From the NCBI RefSeq assembly GCF_024521635.1, contig NW_026250419.1:434001-498000 (forward strand): a DNA stretch of 64,000 nt. Reading direction: 5' to 3'. Below are positions 53,239 to 64,000 of the stretch, piece by piece; the first letter of the stretch is position 1, and the number at the start of each line of letters is the position of its first letter. The stretch is from Tricharina praecox. Lineage: Eukaryota. Below the pieces are notes generated by a model, which saw only the letters and a program-made list of their open reading frames with translations, was not told where the DNA came from and ran no database searches. A program made the position numbers and the translations under genes.

Positions 53239-56200
53239 CGATATCTACTCTAGAGTACTCTACTCCAGCCATCGCAGTGTGCTGACGCATTACATTATTG
53301 CAAGGGAATGCGCCGTCGTAGAGTACGGTACGGTACGGCAGAGTACTGCACGTTCCTATCGTATCGTTTGCGCGCTGCTGCTGCTGCTGCAGTGCAGCTG
53401 CACTGCAGACCATCCGAGGGGGCATGCGCGCTACTACCGTATCCTATGGCACCTATGATACTCTGCTCAACTCAGCTCTGCTCCAGAGTGGCGATGCAAG
53501 ACTCGAGTATGAATGTACGTACATACCATGCATACCGGCACATGCCGTACTAGTTACCGTATGTAGCTGTGTAGGGTATCGCTGGCTTTGGGAATCCTTA
53601 AAGCCACCGCGTGGGATGGGTACATATCGTATGTAACTAGAGTACTAGCAGGTACCTATCATATCATATCGTGGCCAGTGGCCGTAGCCGGGAACCCCCC
53701 GGTCACCCCCCGTAGAGTACTGCGAGATTACCGGTATTATTTATTGTTTATTAGTACTATTACTATTTCCATTTCTATTATGTACTCGATAGTACTCTAG
53801 AGTCTACTCTACAGGAAATAAATTAAAAAATTCATCTAGAGTACTTGGGTATTTGCTTAGGTACTCAGGTATCGTCAGCTACAATTATTGCAGTTATGAT
53901 ATGTAACCCCTGGCGGAGATTCTCGAGATTCTCCTGCCAGCCAGCCCAGCCAACCCGGCCATCGTTGGTGAACAACTCTGCCACCCTCACCCTCACCCGA
54001 GTGTTTTTTATTTTTTATTTAGTTTTTGTTGGGGCGTGGGGAAGAGGGGCCAATGTTCGCGGCCGACTCTCCGTGCACGAAGAGCGGACAACGGACAGCG
54101 GAAGGCCAAAGCGGAAGCGGAAGCGGATAATTTTCGGAGGATTTGTGGATCGGTAATCGACATCGGATGGCCACCGAACAATGCCCCAGAGAGTCAAGGG
54201 TATGTGGTGGGTACTTACTTGGGGAGTCTACTCCATATATGTACGCGCGAGACTGGGCGGTGGGCACTGGGCAGTGGATATATGTACCTGTGATTCTTCG
54301 TCTGGAGTACTGGAGTAGGTAGCATGCCGCTACTAGTAGTTACCGGAATTCCAGGATAAGCGCCTATTTGCGTTCTCCTCACTAGATGTGCTGTTGAGAG
54401 TAGTTATGTGCTGTGACCCGTGGCCCGCCCGGTAATGATGTGTGCACACTGCACGAGTGACTTACTTACTTGGGTGTGTATTATTACTTGTAATCCTCGA
54501 GGTGGACACTGGAGGCTCCTACATATGGATGGATTTTTGTACTCTACTCCTGCGTCCCTTTTACCCGGCCAACTGCGCGCGGTAGAGCAGAGTAATATAG
54601 AGTAACCAGGTACCTACTACCTACCTGGTACAGCAACAGTTCCAACAGTGGCCGAGTACGAATAGTACATAGAGTTCACAGGTACCGGTAGGTATGGACG
54701 GCCGACCCCTACCGCCGGTGTACCATACTCTCCTCTACAAGGCGGTAAAGTACACACTCCCGACTCAGTTGCAAGTTCGGGATACCAACTCCGTCGTAGG
54801 AGAGTACCAAGTACCGGTATGTATATACCAAGTAGGTAGCATATATACCTACCGTACTCTAGAGTGCATCTGCATCTGCCCGCCAACCGCTAGACTGAGT
54901 CCGCCACACGGTCCGCATTACGTGTTAGTACGGATTCGGGGGCTGGCACGGCTTCTGGCCCATGGTTAATAGCGGTACGTATGTAGACTACCTATGCCAA
55001 TCGATATTCGTACGTACGGTCAATGAAAGTTGCCGCGGCACCTCCCAGTAGTTTTTCACTGGAGAATCTAGCACTACTAGTAGGTACATACTGGCTTACA
55101 GCAGAGCGCAGATCCGCGCCCCCCGTTGTCGAGTCGTCGAGCATCCGACGTTTGCCCGGGTAGGTTCCGTACCTAACTACGGTACTTACTTATCATGCCT
55201 AATTTACTTGCCTAGATACGAGAGTACTATAGAGGAGTATCATACCCAAGTGAGTACCTAAGTGCCTATGTACTCCACTCCTAATTCTATGCGCTCAACT
55301 CACCTCACCTCACAGCCGGGCACTCCGTCAGGACAACTACTATATACACATATATACAATTGGAGTTAGAACATGCTATTACGCATGCATGCATGCACCT
55401 GAGCAGGAGAAACCTGGACAGGAAGCGTGGCATTGATTACCACCTATGTAGAGTACCTACCGCCTAGCTATGGCCATTGACGGCGCTTCCCAACGGCGGG
55501 CAACTTACCGAGGAAGGAGCACTTTGCATCGCTACTATATATACTAGGTAGATGGTTCTATCCACTCTAGAGATCACCGACCGGGAGGGAACTTGGAAGA
55601 GTCCGGCCAATCATATTATCATACATACACCTTGCTGCATATATTAACATTCCATATCCGGTAGCGTTGGTGCTCTACTCTTGAGCATGGTAGTTATGGA
55701 CTTATGTAAGTGTTTACTAGCTACCTGGCAGGTCACTACGGTATCGCGCCGCCGCTGTACGGAGTTAGAGTATCTACTGCAGAGTAGTTACTGCGCGCGG
55801 ATCCTGGCGGCCAAGAGTAGAAACTACAGAGTCTACAGAGGTCCGGCATAGGTATAACTTTGTCACTTATGGAATCATGGATGCCCCGTCTGGAAACGGC
55901 AACCCGCTGCTACCTACTCTTCTCTCAAGTTGCTTCGGAGTGGAGTAGAGTACGGTACATACTCAGGTATGTAGAGTCCCTAGATATTCCCAAAGAGCCC
56001 GCCCGCCCGCCCGCTCCGTCAGTACCTAAAGTATCATAGTAAATATCTAAGCATACATACCGCACATTGCCCCCCTCGAACCTGGTGCACCGAGGGGTTG
56101 CAGTGTGCAGTGTGCACTTCTTTTTTTTCCCTTCATTCCAATCGTCACAAACGTGCTGTTTATGGCGGCCTCAGACGTCCGCGCCAGGTCACGGGTGGTG

Positions 56201-56803
56201 TTTCGTCTCAACCACAAAAAACCGACTTTTTTCCCCTAGCTCGGGGTTAAAATGGAAGAAGAAAAAAGAGGCCTTGGTTGACTGTAGAGCACCGTAGTTC
56301 TGCGTCTCAAGTTTCAACCAACTCTTTCTGCCCTTTCGGATCGCAGCAAGAAAAAACAACCGGATGACCGTACATGCTCTACGGTACTCTACTCGTTGTT
56401 TGACCCAACGTCCACCCCTTGCTAACCCCAGGCGTGGTACGTAAGTGCACTATTCTACCGTAGTAGTAATTGGAAGTGTTTTTACCTAGAGTACCTAGAG
56501 TAGGTACCTATGGTCCTATGGTACTCTACATGCTCTACATGCTCTACGTCGAACCCAGACCGGTCCTTCAGACTTCTCGGTCAGAAGTATTTCTACTATA
56601 TACCCAGAGCACATACCTCATACACAGAGTACCAGCCCTTGTACCAGTACTTTTACGGTACGGAAGAAAAAACAAACAAACTAAAAACACCCTAAGGTTC
56701 TTGCACGTTGCCACGCGACCCGTTCCGACAGATCTAAGAACAAACTAATAACATTCAGCACGCAAGCCACAATGTTTCACAGGGGAGGAAGAGAAGGAAG
56801 GAA

Positions 56804-56825
56804 GGGGGGGGGGGGGGGGGGGGGG
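56804..56825 (+). repeat. Poly-G homopolymer (22 nt)
   Basis: Uninterrupted G run in intergenic DNA. Confidence 0.9.
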
Positions 56826-59800
56826 CAACGATGTTGGGCCCGTCCCACTCCACTCTACTTTACTCTACTCTACGGTACTCCACTCTAACGTGGCAGTTAG
56901 TTACTCCACTATGATTATTAACTATTCCACGACACATGGCGGGGAGAACGACTTGTCTACTCTACATATCCAAAGAGTTCGGTGGGTACTAATAGGTAGG
57001 CCATTTCTTTCGGCGTTGCAGGTTTTTTTATTTTATTTTGGAGGCTAAATGTTTGTTTGGGGCGCACGCACGGGGGGAAGATCGGGATGAAAAATGAATG
57101 CAGCTCTGCACTCATCATAGGCTTTTTTTCTTTCTTTCCTTTCTTTCTCGTTCTTGCTTGCTTTCTCCGCTGGAATAGTTATCTAGTAAGTACATAGATG
57201 AACTCACTCCACCACCACCGGTCGGACTACATATCATACCTAGAAACTTGAAAGAGTGCTCCAGCGTGCACTGCAGCCCATGACTAGCTCGGCGTGTGCT
57301 GTGCGTGTGTGCGTGGGCGTGTGCGTGGGTGTGCGTGTGTGTGGTGTGTGCGTGTGTGTGGTGTGTGCGTGTCAGTTATACCTACTTTACCTACTCTACA
57401 TACAGACGTTTCATCCCTCGCAGGCTGGAGATTGGAGATTGGGGATTGGAGATTGGATATTGGATATTGGAATGTGCATCGCATCGCATGGCATCGCACG
57501 CCTGCCTGCCGAGGGTTCTGAGTTTCTGAGTTCTGAGTCCGTGTGGCTACTATACTAACTATAACTACCATACATCCATACATCTACTTCGTACACTAGG
57601 TTGCTCAACCCTACTTCTACTCTAGTTACTCTAATTACTCTAGTTAGTTCCTCTCTAACATGCGCTACCGTATTACGATATGAGTTAGAGTTGTCGATAT
57701 GGTATGTACCGCGAGGGAGGGACCGCCGCAATCCACAAGCCGTCGGCGGCGGCGGCGGAGCCTGCATGGCGAGTACTAATAGAAAGTACCGTAACTCAGT
57801 AGACTCTAGCGTAGAGTAACCACTTGTGTATATAGTAGGGCTAGTTATACATCGGCATCGAACATCACCGGAACACCGTCGTTATTTGTTTCGAGCTGTT
57901 TCCACATTACGGCCACCAAATTCTCCACCTATGATTGGCAGAGTACAGTACCTGGCCGGTTATGGAGCCCTTGGCTGGCAGATTAGCAAACGCAACTGGC
58001 CAGCCAGACATCATGGAAAACCCCCCATCATCATCATCATTATCATCATCATCGTCGCACCCCGCTTGCCAGCCAGGCAGGAGAGCTTCCCGGAGTATCA
58101 TAGCAGCACTATGATAGGCGGGTTACGCGTTTTCCCCGCCGCCTGATTGGCTCCAGCGGCGTCATCAACACCAGGACACCACCCAATCGGCCGCTGTTAT
58201 GTATGTGGGAGCCAAAACAGAAACCCAAACGAAACGGAAAGGAAGAAGGAAAGAAAGAGTGCACAGGAAAAAGCAAGACGGCATACAGCATCCAAGTAGA
58301 TACGTATGCACGAAATAGCCCTGCGACTCTGCGAGAACTGCAACTGCTGTGTACCACGCTATGTACCCCCCTCAGATATGCCCACGCAATAGGTATGTGC
58401 ATACTATACATACCGTTCATTGGATGCCAGCACGCTCAGCTGAAGTTGTGGATTATTACCCCCTCACCCCTCCTGGACGGTTGGCGATTGAACGGGGGAG
58501 AAGAACTGCTGCCTCGAATACCTAGAGTACCTAGGGCCCGGCCGGGGAGGAATCTCCTGGAGACGAGAAGGGCAACACGGTCCGAGCAGGTCAACGGCGA
58601 GGCGTGTGTTTGGTCGGGCGTGGTCAGGTGCATTGCAATGGTTCAGCTTGTGCATGGGCACCGGGGCATTGAATCGTTCTCCCTATGCATACTGCTGCTG
58701 TTGCTGCTGCTGAGGTTTCTGCTGGAAAGTTGAGGTTGCTTTGACTTCGCTAGGCTTCGTTGGACGCGGAGATCACGCCTGCCGACGGAACCCAATTATT
58801 GTAGGTAGGTAGGAAGGTACGAACGGCTACTATATACCTGTTTTTGGAGTTCATTGGTACCTACCTACCCACATCCCCATATACCCACCTACCCACCAGC
58901 TTCCTGTCGTGTCGTGTCGAACCCACCCACCCGAGGTGAGCCGAACTGAACCTTGCTCTCCGACTGCATAAACAACTACCGAGCTGGCGATGCATTTACA
59001 TATTGGAATTAGCATTATTTTGCAACCACTCGCTTGCCTGCTCTGCTCTGGAGTCTGAACCGGGAATCTGGAATGTGTGCCATCTCACTCGCCTCCCTGG
59101 GTTTCGTCGTGTTGATGCCTTGCCTTGCCTTCCCCGCCCCGCGGTTCCGGTAGGTAGGTACCTGGGTACATACAGCAGCAGCAGGAGGAGTTGAAAATAT
59201 CTACGGACCAGACCCATCATACCAAGCAACTACATGATGCAACCCGATCCTGGCCGTCACGAGAGTAGAGTGCGAGTAGAGTACATACCGTACTATTACT
59301 AGTACTCTACATACCAACCGTCTGGGCGTGGGAAGCGCTACTCTAGTTACTCAAGTCTACTCTACTCAAGTCTAGTCCTGCACTAACCAGATCACCTCTC
59401 TAGCCTGCTGCCTGCCCAGTCGACAATCGACTGATCAGTGGTCACTGAACGGGTACCGCACATGATTTTTTTCCATGTATGCATACACCATCGCCACACA
59501 CACCACACACACACACCATCCATTTACATATGTATGGTCCACAGATCCCGAACTGCTGTGCGTCGTCATCCGGGAGCCTGGAGGGCGATCAAGGGGGTGT
59601 TGGTGTTGGTTTGTGGGCTGGCAGTGTCATAATGATGATGATGCTGATGATGATGGTGCTGCCGGGGAGGGGGAGGGGGCGTGGATGGATGGATGGATGG
59701 ATGGCTTCATCCAGCCCCACCTCTCAGCTGATAACTGGCAACTGGAAATCCGCCGATGATCTGGAGTACCTATCAAGGTGCACTATTACTACTAGTAGTA

Positions 59801-62305
59801 CCGGTGCGTGCGCGCACCGTACCGTACCGTACTCTACCTACTCGGTCCACCGTCCATGTCCGTCCATATCAGCCTCCGAGTCCGGGGCACGTCCAGCCAC
59901 CCACTCTCTCCTACTCTCTCCCCCACGGTACATACTCTGGTTATTCGGAACGATTTCCTCATTTTCCCGCAGGCAACCGTCCATGGTCCGCATTGACAGC
60001 AGCAACCGCCCAACAGCAGCCGGGTGGGCGGTAGAGTAGTGGGCTAGTTACCTATAACCTGTAACTATTAGTCGGCTATGATAGTACTTGCGGCCAGATC
60101 CCGTACAACCAACCAACCAACCCGTCAATTCCTTGGAATTTGGGGGTAACCGAGCGCCTGAAGGTTGAACGCCTCTTTACTGTTGTTGTTGCTGCAGCTT
60201 CTGGCTGCTGGATTCTGCATTAATAGACTATGACCGCAGCCGTCCGGGCAATAGGTAGGTAATAAGCCGGGCTGTCATTGTCATCGGGTCATTGTGTCAT
60301 CGTCTCTCCCACCCCCCCTCACCCCCTTCGGATTGTACGGAAAGCAGGCGCACCGCAGCCACCCCCAAGTACTCTACTATACATTCCTCGACTCGAAGCC
60401 CCTAGTCCTCCGTGTTTTGTGTGGCGGTCGCCGGCTACGAGCTTCTGTCCTCTGCCCTCTACATACAAATCTATGTGCATATTATATACCACTATATACT
60501 CTAGCTCGACTCGCTGCGTGGCGTTCGCTGGATCCTCTCAGCTCCTATGTTCGCAATAACCACATACCGACATAATAATGGCTGAAATCTCACAATGTGA
60601 CCAGGTAAGTCAGTAGGCAGGCTACTCTACTCTAGCTGCTGGGTAGGTCTATAGGTTGGTAGAATACGTACGTCCGTCGACAGGCAAGGCGACCGTGGCA
60701 CAGAACATCACACCGGGCGCTCATGATTGGCTACCAGCCGACGTCCATCGGTCTTTCACCCGCCCTTTTTCAAGTCAAGCGCGCATCCAATCAGGCGTTC
60801 AGCCGCCGGTGTTCGATTGGCAGTTCGGCTGGGGGTCTCTAGAGTAGAGTCTACGGGTTTTGCAGGGGGGTGTTAGGTTGTTAGGTTGGCTGCATCTATT
60901 TATTACTTGCTTGCTTGACTGCTTGAAGGGGAGGTTGCTTGGGGCAGTTTGCTTCTTCTTCTTTGTTACATTCAAATGAGGGCAGAGCTGTTAATTAGTT
61001 AGGCACTGTTATTGGGGCACTTGATAGACTGGGTACTGTGCAGTGCAGTGCTGCCAGCGTCCTGGCCTCTGTTTCTCTCTCTCTACCTGGTAGTGCATTC
61101 CGCACCTGCTCCCCCTCCACCTCCAACTCCTCTCCTGCCTTTCTCCCCTCCTCTCCCTCTCTCTCACATCTCTCTTGTCTCTTCTCTTACTTCTCCCCCG
61201 CCGTATCCCCCACGCCGCCCTCGCTCCCTCGGCCCTTCTCTCCATCGTCCTCCACCAACTCCCTCCCTCGCCTTCGGCTCCCGCGACCTGATGCTCTAGT
61301 GCGGCATCTACTACCCGGCCACATTCCCGCTCTGACTCGATAGACTCAGTACGCTGGTTCGATACAACTGTAATACTGTGAAATTGCTAGTGACGAGCTG
61401 TCGGGTTGATTGATTGACTGACTGGTATGTACCGTACTTGGCAGTGTTGGTCCTTTTTTCAATTTTTCTTCCATCTCTGCCCCGATGCACCATTGCCATT
61501 CCCACAATCACACACATATACGGCCGAAGAAACAATGAAGGCCGGTGTGGCTGGCCGGCCGGATGCACTCGACGATGGCGAGTTGCCGCTACTAGTTAGG
61601 TGCTCTGTATTATACTCTACGTATTGATCCATCACTGCGGAGAGAAAAGGGCTTAGACTTTCTACTTTTATTTTTTATTTGGGTTCGCAGAGTACAAGAA
61701 TCGGCCTCATTCCGCCCCCCACCCGCCCCCCAACCTTCCCCTTCCCCTTCCCCTTCCCACTGGACCGACCGACTGACTGACCGACTGGCTTACTGGTCTG
61801 GCTGTCTTCTTCCCTGCCTGCTCGCCCGCCGACCATCTACTCGGGCCTACCCTACATCAAGTCCCCCCATATCTACCCGTCCCCCCTATGTACCGCACTC
61901 CCTGCCACGCCTCCGCTGGAACTACATAAACCTCCGCTTATCCCTGCCATACAAAATCCCCCCCACCCCCATTGCTCCCCTCCATCCTTCGTCCCGTCTC
62001 TGGTCCTCACCTCACCTCACCTCTTAACCTAATCCCCCCCCCACTCTACCCTTCTACCGCACACTCGTATGGCTGCGCACAATTCATTGCCTGCTGGTTA
62101 ACACAAATCTGTTCTTACATAGATCCCAAGACGAAGAATCGTTTTTTTTGCTCTGGGCTCGCTTCCTCTTGCTCTGTCAAAAATAAACGTCATACACCAA
62201 CAACCCCAACCCCAACCCCCCCAAGAACTGGTCCAAACAACCGTTTGTTGATCTGCAACGACCGCAACGGCCACATCCCAGAATACACACTACCTCGACG
62301 CACGC

Positions 62306-64000
62306 ATGAGCAGCTCCCAACACTCTTCGCCCCCACCACCGTCGTACCCCGCTATGACCCAGGACGAAAATAGCCCCGAGGTCTTTCTCGGCCCCACCGG
62401 CTCGGAAACCGAAGAGTTCTATTGTTTCCAACGCTCCAATCCCGGCCTCGAGAAGGCGGAATATCTGGAGTGGTTTCAGAAGCGGTTCCACAAGGAGATT
62501 GAATTGCGGCGAAGGCGCTCCGACCAGCCGTCAGACCTCGAGTTCATGGTCATCAAGAAGCGCTCCAAATATCGCGAGCGGATCGGCGAGGAATCTGCAG
62601 AATTGTGTCGCCATTCAGAGCTGTTTCCTCACAAAACTTATCGGGAACTCGCAGAGTGGTTTCAGGATCGCTTCGGAAAGGAAATTGATATCACCGCTAT
62701 CTCGAGTATGTCCCCCGTCCCTTTGCTGTGCATTATTCTGGAGGCCGCTCTCGCCACTTCCATATCCATATTCACCCTCCCTCTCTCCCCCGATGATCGC
62801 TGCCGGGCAAATCTTTCTTAAAGGGCTGACCCTTGTTTAAGATACCCTTCCACCACCGCGAAACGGTTTACTAACTTCGGCTCACCCGATAGGAGCCTTG
62901 AAACGTCAACGTGAAGGCAATGAAGTAAGTGACGGTATTCCAAGCCCGGATCACGCACCCCCGGCTGCCAAACGTGGACGCCGCTCGCTAGGCAGCCAGA
63001 ACAATGGCTACCAGAACCAACAGTCACCGGGCCCGGTGGGTTCGCAACCGACCTTCACGGTGGACATGGCTGGAACTCCCCTTTCCCGCCAGCATACTCC
63101 AACTTATACCCCCGCCCACACGCCAAAGACCATTGCGAGAAAACTTCCTACACCGGAAGAGAGCGGTGCAAGGCCGGCGCAGCAGCAGCAGCAATTCTCG
63201 CATCGGCAGCAACTGCTACAGCAGCAATTGCTACAGCAGCAGCAACAACAACAGGCGCAACAGCAGCAGCAGCAGCAGCAACAGCAACAACAGCAACAGC
63301 AGCTTCAGCACCAGCAGCTTCAACAGGAACAACGGCAGCAGGAACAACGGCAGCAGCAAGAGCAGCGGCAGGAGCAGGAGCAACGACAGCAGCAGGAGCA
63401 ACGGCAGCAGCAGGAGCAACGACAGCAGCAGGAGCAACGGCAGCAGCAGGAGCAACGACAGCAGCAGGAGCAACGGCAGCAGCAGGAGCAACGACAGCAG
63501 GAACAACGGCAGCAGGAACAACAACGGCAACAACAGCATCCTCCTCATCCGCATCCTCACCACCCTCGTCCTCATCCGAACGCTCACCCACCACCGCCCC
63601 AACCACTCTACCATCATCCTCATCCCACCGTGAATGGCTCGTCGACCGTCGATCAGCCCTCTCGTGGCACTATGTGGAACCCGGTTAATCCTGGACATAA
63701 CGGACCTAGTGCTGGCATGGGTCCCGGAGCCGCATCCGGTCCTGGAAACACCTTCGACATTAGGGGGGAGATGCCCGGCCGTCGAACCCCTCCACAACCG
63801 ATTCAACCATCACAGTCGGTAACAATAAAACACGAAGCCCCCACCAACAACATCACCGCCCCCACCACCACCACCACACGTATGTTGAGAAGCAAGTCCA
63901 TCTCACAACAGCAACAGCTACAACAAAAACAACAACAGCAACAGCAACCACCTCAGACCGTCCACAGCATTGCCCCGGGTCCCCCGCCGTTGCAGCCTCG
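62306..64000 (+). CDS. Putative DNA-binding protein with tandem CENP-B/Abp1 N-terminal-like HTH motifs and a long Q/H/P-rich region; truncated by the window end
   Basis: Exon 1 62306-62705; intron 62706-62892 (GTATGT..TACTAAC..TAG); exon 2 is open to the window end. Two repeats, NPGLEKAEYLEWFQKRFHKEI and FPHKTYRELAEWFQDRFGKEIDITAISRALK, match the P...q.el..WF...f...i..stIS.iLk pattern of Abp1/CENP-B/pogo HTHs. A basic NLS-like AKRGRR follows. Confidence 0.8.
63387..63494 (+). repeat. Coding tandem repeat: 6 x 18 nt (QQQEQR) arranged as 3 x 36 nt
   Basis: CAGCAGCAGGAGCAACGG and CAGCAGCAGGAGCAACGA alternate strictly, with degenerate copies on both sides. Confidence 0.92.

Noticed and set aside
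63004..63806. Ser/Asn-rich, Ala/Val-rich and poly-Leu ORFs
   Set aside because: Alternative frames and strand of the CAG-rich exon of the HTH gene.

Overview
Eukaryotic fungal genomic DNA from a filamentous ascomycete. The evidence is short GT-AG introns with CTAAC/CTGAC-type branch points, long microsatellite-rich intergenic tracts and Pezizomycotina-type gene families; a Pezizomycetes-like origin is only a guess. I can support nine protein-coding genes, with splice models built by hand: a conserved fungal hypothetical protein, a signal-peptide/Ser-Thr-rich/single-TM membrane protein, a 7-exon LaeA-like SAM methyltransferase, a small hydrophilic protein, MCM6 head-to-head with IML1 (SEACIT/GATOR1 subunit), a polyQ bZIP factor, an SRPK-like kinase, and a CENP-B/Abp1-type tandem-HTH Q-rich protein that runs off the right edge. 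Most ORFs in the supplied track are shadow or low-complexity ORFs. The most notable points are: (1) the SRPK-like gene has an intact frame but has lost all four catalytic motifs (pseudokinase); (2) the tandem-HTH protein looks transposase-derived and has two in-frame 3' splice sites inside its second HTH; (3) a 400-bp MITE-like element with perfect 14-bp TIRs; (4) the MCM6/IML1 bidirectional promoter carries cell-cycle-like and GATA motifs plus uORFs; (5) a dispersed TAGAGTACTCTA/TAGAG motif family. I recognised no tRNA, rRNA or CRISPR array. Family assignments are from motif recall, not from database searches.
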